The position numbers and the translations under genes are program-made. A stretch of DNA of 64,000 nt from Candidatus Saccharimonadales bacterium (GTDB lineage Bacteria > Patescibacteriota > Saccharimonadia > Saccharimonadales > OMJO01): positions 9,323 through 73,322 of the forward strand of contig DATIID010000001.1 in the NCBI GenBank assembly GCA_035480035.1, in the 5' to 3' direction. The notes under the pieces were generated by a model that ran no database searches, had not been told where the DNA came from, and saw only the letters and a program-made list of their open reading frames with translations. The number at the start of each line of letters is the position of its first letter. Position 1 is the first letter of the stretch. Of the stretch, positions 27,797 through 36,305 are shown in pieces.

Positions 27797-27812
27797 ACGC
27801 TATATATAGTTT
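27797..27812. promoter_or_regulatory. NrdR box 2 (ACGCTATATATAGTTT)
   Basis: The core CTATATATAG matches the NrdR-box core 10/10. It starts 33 bp after box 1 (about 3 helical turns), the tandem arrangement expected for NrdR. Confidence 0.7.
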
Positions 27813-27905
27813 TTAATATAAGGTGTCAGTACGTTCAAATTGAACAAATATCTGGAACAATGGCGTTTTTAGATCATGGTTTCAGGTAAAAGGAAGGGGT
27901 GCACT

Positions 27906-28379
27906 ATGAAATGCAGCCGATGCAAAAGTGACGATACCAAGGTGATCGAATCACGCGATGTAACTGATGGTGATGCCATTCGTCGTCGACGTGAGTGTGT
28001 AGTCTGCCAACACCGTTTTACGACTTATGAACGAGTCGAACGGCCACAGATAATTGTTATCAAGAATAACGGCACACGAGAACTGTTTGATCGTAGCAAG
28101 CTATTAGCCGGATTATATCGGGCCAGTGAAAAGACACCGGTCACCAGCTTACAGCTAGAACGTCTGGTCGCTGATATCGAGCAAGAACTTCAAGCACAAG
28201 GTGAGTCGGAAGTTCCAAGTAAGACAATCGGTGACATGGTCATGAAGCAACTCGCCAACCTCAATGAAGTCGCCTATGTCCGGTTTGCCAGCGTTTATCG
28301 CCGGTTCAAGGACATTGCCGGTTTCGAGCGCGAATTACTCCAGATCAAAGAAAGAAAAAGCACAGCTGTCAAAGTTTAG
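27906..28379 (+). CDS. nrdR: transcriptional repressor NrdR
   Basis: MKCSRCKSDDTKVIESR...CVVCQHRFTTYE zinc ribbon plus an ATP-cone. Start taken at 27906 (SD GGAAGGGG upstream) rather than the ORF-track 27876. Confidence 0.9.
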   Translation: MKCSRCKSDDTKVIESRDVTDGDAIRRRRECVVCQHRFTTYERVERPQIIVIKNNGTRELFDRSKLLAGLYRASEKTPVTSLQLERLVADIEQELQAQGESEVPSKTIGDMVMKQLANLNEVAYVRFASVYRRFKDIAGFERELLQIKERKSTAVKV

Positions 28380-28389
28380 GGGCTTTGAC

Positions 28390-28439
28390 GGCTCCCTTAA
28401 GAACTTATATTATTAAGATATTGAGTTTTTAAGGGAGCC
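28390..28439 (+). other. perfect 11-bp stem hairpin in the nrdR-nrdJ spacer
   Basis: GGCTCCCTTAA (28390-28400) pairs with TTAAGGGAGCC (28429-28439) across a 28-nt AT-rich loop. No U-tract follows. Confidence 0.6.
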
Positions 28440-28519
28440 AGGCGGGGGTTAAGAGAGACTAAACCCTGCGACTCTAAACAAAAATCATTAACAAAATAAC
28501 AATTTAAAGTGAGGGAATT

Positions 28520-31315
28520 ATGGCACAAACAACCATATTGGGGCACAGGCGCCTATTGACGCCCAATAAGAGCAAAGGTTACGACCAACTAAAGTGGGTT
28601 AAACGTGACTCTCTAATTGTTAACCCTTTAACAAGTCAACCAGTTTTCGAGCAAAAGGATGTGGAGTTTCCCGATGACTGGTCCTTAAACGCCATTAACA
28701 TTGTGGCGCAGAAATACTTTACCGGTACACCTGGTACAGCCGAACGTGAAAAATCTCTGAAAGATTTAATTGATCGGGTCGCTGATACGATTACACGACA
28801 GGGTGTGCAAGAAGGCTACTTCGAAGACCAAGCCGAGGCTGACGACTACCGCGAGGAAATGAAGTATATCTTGGCTACCCAACGGGCGGCCTTTAATTCG
28901 CCGGTTTGGTTTAATATTGGTGCACCGGAACGATCTCAACAGGCCAGCGCTTGTTTCATTTTGGCCGTTGAGGACACCATGCCAGCGATTTTGAACTGGT
29001 ACAAAGAAGAAGGCATGATCTTTAAGGGTGGCTCCGGTTCCGGGATTAATCTGAGTACACTACGTTCATCAGTCGAACCATTAGGTAAAAGTGCCGGTAC
29101 GGCCTCTGGCCCATTAAGCTTTATGCGGGGCGCCGACGCCAGTGCTGGCGCCATTAAAAGTGGTGGCAAAACCCGGCGGGCGGCCAAAATGGTCATTTTA
29201 AATGCTGATCATCCAGATGTTGAAGATTTTATCTGGTGTAAAGCTCGCGAGGAACGCAAAGCACGAGTCCTACGCGATGCTGGCTTTGATGTTGATCTAG
29301 ACGGCCGTGATTGGTACTGCTTGCAATATCAAAACGCCAATAACTCTGTTCGTGTAACTGACGAATTCATGGAAGCTGTAGTTAACGATGACGACTGGGA
29401 AATGCGAGCTGTTAAAACCGGCAAACCAGTTAATACTGTTAAAGCCCGTGATATTTTCCGGCAAATTGCCGAAGCCGCATGGGAATGTGCCGATCCGGGT
29501 ATGCAATTCGACACCACCATCAATCACTGGCACACTACGCCAGTAGCTGGCCGAATTAACGCCTCCAACCCCTGTAGCGAGTACATGCACCTGGATAACT
29601 CTGCTTGCAACTTAGCTTCCATCAATCTGCTTAAATATTTGAAAGACGATGGCAGTTTTGATGTGGAGAGCTTCAAACACACCGTTGAGGTTATCTTTAC
29701 GGCTCAGGAAATTTTGGTTGGCTACAGTGAATATCCAACTGAGAGTATTACCAAAAACGCTAAAGCTTACCGCGAATTAGGTCTTGGCTACGCTAATCTA
29801 GGCGCTCTATTAATGGCTCAAGGTTTGCCATATGACTCCAATGAGGGTCGGGCTCAAGCCGCTGCCATTACTGCTCTAATGACTGGTCACGCTTATGCTA
29901 CAAGCGCACGGCTGGCTCGCCGAGTTGGTCCGTTTGCGGGTTTCCACAAAGATCGTGAGGGTATGCTGAAGGTGCTTAAACAACACCGTGAACAAGTGTC
30001 TAAAATCGACCCCAGTGTTGTCTCAGAAGACTTGCTTAACTCAGCGGCTACAGCTTGGGATGAAGCTGTCGAGCTCGGCGAACTTTACGGTGTTCGTAAC
30101 TCACAGGCCAGCGTCTTGGCGCCTACTGGCACCATCGGTTTAATGATGGACTGTGACACGACCGGTATTGAACCGGATCTTGGATTGGTTAAATTCAAGA
30201 AGTTAGTCGGTGGCGGTACTATGAATATTGTCAACCAAACTGTACCGCGAGCGCTTAAAGCGTTGGGCTACACCAAGCCTCAAGTTGACGCTATCGTTAA
30301 GTACATTGACACCGAGAAAACCATCGTCGGTGCGCCGAAGCTTAAGCCGGAACACTTACCAGTCTTTGCTTGCTCGATGGGCGACAACGCCATTCACTAC
30401 ATGGGTCATGTCAAAATGATGTCAGCAGTACAACCTTTTATATCAGGAGCAATCAGTAAAACTGTTAACATGCCAGAAGAAGTCACTGTTGAAGAAGTAG
30501 AGCAGTTACACATGGAGTCCTGGAAGCTCGGTCTTAAGGCAGTAGCTATCTATCGCGACAACTGTAAAGTCGCTCAGCCATTATCAATGGCTAAAAAGGG
30601 CGGCGATCAAAACAATGAGACTTTGACACCGGAAACCATTAACGACCGTATCATTGTTAAGGGTGCTGTTAGACGCGAATTGCCAAAGATGAGGCTGTCT
30701 AAAACTTTCTCGTTTAGGGTTGCCGACAGCCATGGCTACGTAACAGTTGGAGAATTTGACGATGGTACACCGGGTGAACTGTTCATCAACATCGCCAAGC
30801 AAGGCTCAACCTTACGCGGTATTATGGATGCCTTTGCTATAAGTGTTAGCCATGGTCTACAGTTTGGCGTACCACTCAAGGATTACGTCAAATCGTTCAC
30901 CAGTATGTCGTTCGCACCATCGGGTATTACTGACGACACCGAAATTCGGACTGCTTCATCACTGGTTGACTACATGTTTAGACGTTTAGCTCTGACCTAC
31001 TTGAGTTTTGACGATCGTTTAGAACTTGGTCTGGCTTCGATTGACGATATGCCAATCGAACAGACTAGTCTGTTAGACGAGCCGGCTGCTCCAACTATTC
31101 TAATGGCTCAAACTGAGCCAACCCCAACGATTACTGCAACCGTAAATGAACCAGTTGAAGAACCAATCGCTAAAGCTCAACCAGCTCAAGCTAAGAAACC
31201 GGTCGCTGTAGCCGACAACACTGCACCGCTGTGTTACAACTGTGGTAACCAAACTCAACGAGCCGGCAGTTGCTATGTCTGTAGCTCCTGCGGTTCCACC
31301 ACCGGCTGTAGCTAA
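28520..31315 (+). CDS. nrdJ: class II (adenosylcobalamin-dependent) ribonucleotide reductase
   Basis: Active-site NPCSEYMHLDNSACNLASINL, a single-chain ~930-aa architecture, and the C-terminal Cys-rich tail CYNCGN...CYVCSSCGSTTGCS typical of NrdJ. Confidence 0.9.
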   Translation: MAQTTILGHRRLLTPNKSKGYDQLKWVKRDSLIVNPLTSQPVFEQKDVEFPDDWSLNAINIVAQKYFTGTPGTAEREKSLKDLIDRVADTITRQGVQEGYFEDQAEADDYREEMKYILATQRAAFNSPVWFNIGAPERSQQASACFILAVEDTMPAILNWYKEEGMIFKGGSGSGINLSTLRSSVEPLGKSAGTASGPLSFMRGADASAGAIKSGGKTRRAAKMVILNADHPDVEDFIWCKAREERKARVLRDAGFDVDLDGRDWYCLQYQNANNSVRVTDEFMEAVVNDDDWEMRAVKTGKPVNTVKARDIFRQIAEAAWECADPGMQFDTTINHWHTTPVAGRINASNPCSEYMHLDNSACNLASINLLKYLKDDGSFDVESFKHTVEVIFTAQEILVGYSEYPTESITKNAKAYRELGLGYANLGALLMAQGLPYDSNEGRAQAAAITALMTGHAYATSARLARRVGPFAGFHKDREGMLKVLKQHREQVSKIDPSVVSEDLLNSAATAWDEAVELGELYGVRNSQASVLAPTGTIGLMMDCDTTGIEPDLGLVKFKKLVGGGTMNIVNQTVPRALKALGYTKPQVDAIVKYIDTEKTIVGAPKLKPEHLPVFACSMGDNAIHYMGHVKMMSAVQPFISGAISKTVNMPEEVTVEEVEQLHMESWKLGLKAVAIYRDNCKVAQPLSMAKKGGDQNNETLTPETINDRIIVKGAVRRELPKMRLSKTFSFRVADSHGYVTVGEFDDGTPGELFINIAKQGSTLRGIMDAFAISVSHGLQFGVPLKDYVKSFTSMSFAPSGITDDTEIRTASSLVDYMFRRLALTYLSFDDRLELGLASIDDMPIEQTSLLDEPAAPTILMAQTEPTPTITATVNEPVEEPIAKAQPAQAKKPVAVADNTAPLCYNCGNQTQRAGSCYVCSSCGSTTGCS

Positions 31316-31593
31316 TGCCAGACGGTCCAGGCCTAGCTGAATTAGAAGTTAGTTTACAGACTGAACTTGAAATAAGCGCTCATCCACCACCATTTCTAAT
31401 CGGTGAAGAAGATAAGTTAAATGCCTGGTGGCGCAGTCGAAATATTAAAGTTTTACAGCTTTGGCTTGATTACGTCAGAGCTAGAGAAGCTAGTGGCGAA
31501 AGTTATAGTTACGAACTAGGCGAGCCATTAATGGTCGGCCCAACGCCTAAATTTGACGCTGAAGAAATTGAACCAAAGTCTAGTTTTCTATAA
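31315..31593 (+). CDS. hypothetical protein translationally coupled to nrdJ
   Basis: The ATG overlaps the nrdJ stop (TAATG). 92 aa, acidic, no family recognised. Confidence 0.4.
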   Translation: MPDGPGLAELEVSLQTELEISAHPPPFLIGEEDKLNAWWRSRNIKVLQLWLDYVRAREASGESYSYELGEPLMVGPTPKFDAEEIEPKSSFL

Positions 31594-31612
31594 TTTCGTT
31601 AACCGAGGCTTA

Positions 31613-31621
31613 TGCTAAACT
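31613..31621 (+). promoter_or_regulatory. extended -10 element TGcTAAACT, 7 nt upstream of ATG 31629
   Basis: TG at 31613-14 and TAAACT at 31616-21. There is no SD before the ATG, so this is a candidate leaderless start. Confidence 0.35.
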
Positions 31622-31628
31622 GTTAGCT

Positions 31629-31889
31629 ATGAAAGCGGTTGTGCTTTACCATCCAAATTCCGACCATGCCCGAATAGTTGAAGATTACTCTATTGACTTC
31701 AAGAAAAACAAGAATCATGAGCTAAAGCCACTAAGCTTAGAGACACCAGAGGGCAGTGAAACTGCCAAGCTTTACGACATTCTCAGTTATCCGGCAATCT
31801 TAGTCACCCAAAATGACGGCCAACTGATTAAAGATTGGCAGGGCTTGCCATTGCCACTGATGGACGAAGTAGCAGCTTACGCCGCTTAG
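31629..31889 (+). CDS. small thioredoxin-fold-like protein lacking the CxxC motif (tentative)
   Basis: 86 aa. The beta-alpha-beta opening KAVVLYHPNSDHARIVEDY and the later YPAILV (cis-Pro-like) resemble the NrdH/glutaredoxin topology, but no Cys is present. Confidence 0.4.
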   Translation: MKAVVLYHPNSDHARIVEDYSIDFKKNKNHELKPLSLETPEGSETAKLYDILSYPAILVTQNDGQLIKDWQGLPLPLMDEVAAYAA

Positions 31890-31940
31890 TTGCCAATGCT
31901 CACTATCTGTTTTAAACTTAACTTTTAAGAGGTAATAAAC

Positions 31941-34889
31941 GTGAAGTTTAAGTCTGGCACCCGCCGACCAGTTGTCGAATACGAACACGACCTAGTTGAG
32001 CACTGGCAAGCCAATAAGACGTTTGAGAAATCGGTTGATTTTCGACCGAAAGATGATGCCTATGTTTTCTATGACGGACCACCGTTTATCACTGGTATAC
32101 CCCATACCGGTACACTACTATCAAGCGTAGTTAAAGATGCCGTGCCTCGATATTGGACAATGAAAGGTAAACGGGTCGAACGCGTTTGGGGCTGGGATTG
32201 CCACGGCCTGCCAGCTGAAGTTTTTACCGAGAAAAAACTCGGCATCACCGATAAGCGCGACATCGGTACCAAAATTAGCATTGAGGAGTATATCAACACT
32301 TGTCGAGCTAATATGGTCCAAACTGGCAATGAGTGGGAAGACACAATCGCCCGAATTGGCCGCTGGGTAGATTTTAAGGGTGCCTACAAAACCATGGACA
32401 AAGACTACATGGAAAGCATCTGGTGGGCCTTTAAGAGCCTGTATGACGCCGGCAAGATCTATGAAGGTGAGAAAGTGCTTATGTATTGCATTCGCGATGC
32501 TACGCCCATTTCTAAAGCCGAGGTGGCTATGGATAATAGCTATGAAGAGGACACCGACCCGTCGGTTTACGTAAAATTCAAGCTGAAAGGTGAAAATGCC
32601 TATCTCTTAGCCTGGACAACCACACCTTGGACTTTGCCATCTAACTCGGCCATTGCCGTCCATCAAGATTTGGAATATTCAGAAGTCGAAGTTGATGGTG
32701 AGCACCTAATCTTAGCAACAGAACTCCTGAAAGATGCTCTTACGGATGATAAACACCAACCAGTTAAATATAAGGTTGTTCGGAAATTTAAGGGTAAAGA
32801 ACTAGTCGGTAAATCTTATGAACCGCTGTTTGACACCTATCAAGATCTTGGCGAAAAAGCTTTTAAAGTCTGGCACGCCGACTTCATACATACCGAGGAA
32901 GGTACTGGCGTGGCTCACGAATCACCAGCCTATGGTGAAGAGGATTATGAACTAAGCCAGGCCCAAGGTTTCCCATGGGTAATCAATACCGATGAATATG
33001 GCATATACACTGAAGGACCTTACAAAGGTCAACAAGTTTGGGAGGTCAACAAGCAGATTGCTAAAGACTTGCATGAGCAGGGCAAGGTCTGGAAGATTAA
33101 ATACATCACTCACGCTTATCCGCACTGTCATCGATGTGGTACTAAGTTAATTTATCGGGCTCACCCCAGTTGGTTTATGGACATTGGCTCACAAAGACGG
33201 CGAATGCTTGAAGAAAATGGTGACATTAACTGGTTTCCAGCTCATATCAAAGAGGGTCGCTTTGCCAATACCGTTATGTCGGCACCGGATTGGAATATTA
33301 GCCGCGATCGTTTTTGGGCAACCGCCATGCCCGTCTGGGAAGGCCAAGATGCTAATGGTAAAAAACACATCAAAGTCGTTGGTAGTTACGCCGAACTCAA
33401 GGAGTTATCAGGTGTTGAATTAGAAGATTACCATCGACCATGGATAGATGATGTTACATTTACAATAGACAGTGTCAAATATAAGCGAATTGATAAGGTT
33501 ATGGACGGCTGGTTTGAGTCCGGCTCGATGCCGTTTGCTCAATTCCACTATCCGTTTGAAAACGTTGATAAATTTGAAAATAATTTTCCTGGTGACTTCA
33601 TTGCCGAGTATGTTGGTCAGGTCAGGGCCTGGTTTTATTACTTGCATGCCGTTAGTGTTGGTTTATTTGATAAAAAATCGTTCAAAAATGTGATTGTAAC
33701 TGGCACGGTGGCAGGTAATGATGGCCGCAAGATGAGTAAATCGTTTGGCAATTACACCGATCCAAACATCTTGATGGACGAGTATGGTGCCGATGCTTTG
33801 CGCTTCTTTATGTTGGCTTCACCGGTACTGAACGGCGAAGACATTGCTCTTCAAGATAAAGACGTGGCCGATATATCGCGTAAACTATCAATGGTTTGGA
33901 ATATGTTCGACTTTTTTACGCTTTACGCTGAAGTTGATGGCTGGCAGTGGAATGGCAAATTAGACGACCCGAGTGATGACTGTACTAATCCACTTGATCA
34001 GTGGATTGTATCTAGGGTCCATCAGCTTAATCAGCATGTTGACAGAGAAATGCAGAATAATAATATTCCACTAGCCATGAGTGAGATATTGCCGTTTATC
34101 GACGATGCCTCTAACTGGTATGTTCGCCGTAGCCGCAAACGTTTCTGGAAATCTGACAATGACAACGATAAACAGATGGCTTATCGGACTTTACATTATG
34201 TGCTGGTTCAATTAGCTATGGTCATGGCGCCATTTACACCGTTTATGGCCGAAGAGCTGTTTTTAAAATTGACCGATAACCAGCTAAGTGAATCGGTGCA
34301 CCTGATGGATTGGCCGGAATTTGGCCATATCAATGAAACCTTGATTACTAATATGGCTCATATTCGCCAACTAATCACCATTGGCTTAAGTTTGCGGGCC
34401 GAAAAAGCTATAAAAGTTCGCCAACCACTAGCTAAAGCTACATTGCAGTGGACTTACGGTGATTTAGCTCAAGAATTAATTGATCTCATAGGCGATGAAC
34501 TCAATGTCAAAACCGTAGAAATTGATGACCGAGAGCTTAAACCGGAAGCTAGTTTCTTGGAAAATATTAAAGAAGATAATTTTAAACAACTTTACAGGAT
34601 TGAATTAGACACTAAAATCACGCCTAAACTTAAGCGGGAAGGGCTGATGCGTGAAGTTACTCGTCAGGTCCAAAATGCCCGCAAATCGGCTAAATTAAAC
34701 GTAGACGACCGGATTCATCTGGGTTTAAAGACCGATACTGCAGAACTTAAGCAAGCGATTAACGAGTTTGATTCTGAAATTAAAGCCGAAACTCTGGCTA
34801 CCAGCCTGAAACAATCTGTTGATGGCTACCGTGAAACGGTTAAAATCGATGGCCACGAATTGGAAATCTCACTCACCAAACAGGCGTAA
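31941..34889 (+). CDS. ileS: isoleucyl-tRNA synthetase (type 2-like)
   Basis: GTG start. Contains GPPFITGIPHTGTLL (HIGH region), a CP1 editing domain, and KMSKS. The length and the lack of a C-terminal Zn-finger peptide fit type 2. Confidence 0.95.
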   Translation: MKFKSGTRRPVVEYEHDLVEHWQANKTFEKSVDFRPKDDAYVFYDGPPFITGIPHTGTLLSSVVKDAVPRYWTMKGKRVERVWGWDCHGLPAEVFTEKKLGITDKRDIGTKISIEEYINTCRANMVQTGNEWEDTIARIGRWVDFKGAYKTMDKDYMESIWWAFKSLYDAGKIYEGEKVLMYCIRDATPISKAEVAMDNSYEEDTDPSVYVKFKLKGENAYLLAWTTTPWTLPSNSAIAVHQDLEYSEVEVDGEHLILATELLKDALTDDKHQPVKYKVVRKFKGKELVGKSYEPLFDTYQDLGEKAFKVWHADFIHTEEGTGVAHESPAYGEEDYELSQAQGFPWVINTDEYGIYTEGPYKGQQVWEVNKQIAKDLHEQGKVWKIKYITHAYPHCHRCGTKLIYRAHPSWFMDIGSQRRRMLEENGDINWFPAHIKEGRFANTVMSAPDWNISRDRFWATAMPVWEGQDANGKKHIKVVGSYAELKELSGVELEDYHRPWIDDVTFTIDSVKYKRIDKVMDGWFESGSMPFAQFHYPFENVDKFENNFPGDFIAEYVGQVRAWFYYLHAVSVGLFDKKSFKNVIVTGTVAGNDGRKMSKSFGNYTDPNILMDEYGADALRFFMLASPVLNGEDIALQDKDVADISRKLSMVWNMFDFFTLYAEVDGWQWNGKLDDPSDDCTNPLDQWIVSRVHQLNQHVDREMQNNNIPLAMSEILPFIDDASNWYVRRSRKRFWKSDNDNDKQMAYRTLHYVLVQLAMVMAPFTPFMAEELFLKLTDNQLSESVHLMDWPEFGHINETLITNMAHIRQLITIGLSLRAEKAIKVRQPLAKATLQWTYGDLAQELIDLIGDELNVKTVEIDDRELKPEASFLENIKEDNFKQLYRIELDTKITPKLKREGLMREVTRQVQNARKSAKLNVDDRIHLGLKTDTAELKQAINEFDSEIKAETLATSLKQSVDGYRETVKIDGHELEISLTKQA

Positions 34890-34895
34890 GCCTTT

Positions 34896-34924
34896 TTGAC
34901 AAGATCAATCATCTCTGTTAAACT
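34896..34924 (+). promoter_or_regulatory. sigma70-type promoter TTGACA-N17-TAAACT
   Basis: -35 at 34896-34901 and -10 at 34919-34924, between ileS and rplU. Confidence 0.45.
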
Positions 34925-34944
34925 CCTTTAGTAATTATTTCAAT

Positions 34945-35256
34945 ATGATCAAAAAAGCAGTTATTACTAGTGGCGGCAAGCAGTACTTGGTTAGCGAAGG
35001 CGACCAAGTCGTAATTGAATTGGTTAAATCTGATAACAAAACCGTTGATTTTGAACCACTAATGGTTATTGACGGCGATAAAGTTCAAGTTGGTTCGCCG
35101 ACAGTTAACGGTGTTAAAGTTAGCACCACTGTCATAGAAACCGACAAAATGGCCGATAAAGTCACCTCGATTCGCTACAAGTCTAAAAAGCGGGTGCACA
35201 AAGTCCGTGGTCACCGTCAGCACCAAACCCACCTTAAAGTTACCAAGATTAGCTAA
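34945..35256 (+). CDS. rplU: 50S ribosomal protein L21
   Basis: AVITSGGKQYLVSEGD...KVTSIRYKSKKRVHKVRGHRQ is the typical L21 sequence. Confidence 0.9.
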   Translation: MIKKAVITSGGKQYLVSEGDQVVIELVKSDNKTVDFEPLMVIDGDKVQVGSPTVNGVKVSTTVIETDKMADKVTSIRYKSKKRVHKVRGHRQHQTHLKVTKIS

Positions 35257-35343
35257 ATTAAGCTTCCTTAACTTCGGCAGCAGCAGTGCTGTTTTAGCTA
35301 TTTAATGATAGACTTAAAATAATTATGCTTAAATGCTGGGGAT

Positions 35344-36183
35344 ATGTGGCGCCAATCTAACAAACTAACCAAAATTCTAAAACTAACAGCTCTATTTGGG
35401 GTGTTGGGTATAGTTGGGTTAAATATCGCTACTGTTGTGGCGGCAACAGTTTCCCAGGGTTATAAAAGTAGTACTAACTTAGCTTTAGGCACCGTTGTTA
35501 GTACCAAGACAGATGGTAGCCAAGTCGTAGAAACCACCCTGGATAACGAATCAAGGATGGTCGGTGTGATTATTGGTAGCAATCAATCAGTGATTGATGT
35601 TCAACCCGGTGGCAGTGACGTGCGAGTAGCGACCAGTGGTCAAGTGACAGTGTTAGTGTCGGATGTAAATGGCCAAATCAAAGCCGGCGATAACCTAGTA
35701 ATTTCGCCTTTGTCGGGAGTGGCTGCCAAAGATATCCCAGATAGCAGTGCAAAGAAATATATTGCTATTGCTTCCGAAGATTTTAATAGTAATTCGCCAA
35801 ATGCGAAGAAGGTTAAGATTGGCTATAATGACGGTTCATCCCACGATGTTTTAGTCGGCACGATTACAGCTAAAATGAATTTAGTTGATCGACCCAATGA
35901 CGCCACAATTAAAAAGGAAAATTTCTTCATTGCTTTAGTCAGTCGTATCATCGGTAAACAGGTTAGTCGTAACCAGCTTTTGGCAGCTACCGCAGTATTT
36001 ATAACAACATTTATTGTAACTGGTTTAATGCTTCAGGGTTCAATTCGCGGATCGTTTGTGGCGATTGGCCGTAACCCACTATCGAAGTCCACAATTTTGA
36101 GCAACCTGTTCAAAATTGTCGCAATCGGCCTGTTAATTTTGGAAGTTGGAGCCGCCTCGGCCTACATCATATTGGTGGTCTAG
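35344..36183 (+). CDS. membrane protein sharing a domain with the downstream giant protein
   Basis: N-terminal signal/TM and C-terminal TMs. aa 71-152 (MVGVIIGS...VATSGQVTVLVSDVNGQIKAGDNLVISPLSGVAAK...YIAIASEDFNSNSP) align with aa 1518-1601 of the 36306..41672 product. Confidence 0.55.
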   Translation: MWRQSNKLTKILKLTALFGVLGIVGLNIATVVAATVSQGYKSSTNLALGTVVSTKTDGSQVVETTLDNESRMVGVIIGSNQSVIDVQPGGSDVRVATSGQVTVLVSDVNGQIKAGDNLVISPLSGVAAKDIPDSSAKKYIAIASEDFNSNSPNAKKVKIGYNDGSSHDVLVGTITAKMNLVDRPNDATIKKENFFIALVSRIIGKQVSRNQLLAATAVFITTFIVTGLMLQGSIRGSFVAIGRNPLSKSTILSNLFKIVAIGLLILEVGAASAYIILVV

Positions 36184-36305
36184 AACACAATTGTAATTCA
36201 CCTGTGGAAAACTACTTGTAAAACAGTGGTCCAACAGATAGAGTTAATATAGGTATAGTGAATACAAAAATCACAAAACCAAAATAACAGATAAAAAAAC
36301 AAAAA

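Noticed and set aside
28380-28519. Cobalamin riboswitch upstream of the B12-dependent nrdJ.
   Set aside because: The spacer is only ~140 nt and has no recognisable B12-box (GCCACTG-like) or multi-helix junction. Only a simple long hairpin is visible.
35278-35295. CAGCA-GCAG-TGCTG-TTTT after rplU, considered as a terminator.
   Set aside because: It has only a 5-bp stem and a 4-U tract, which is too weak to call.
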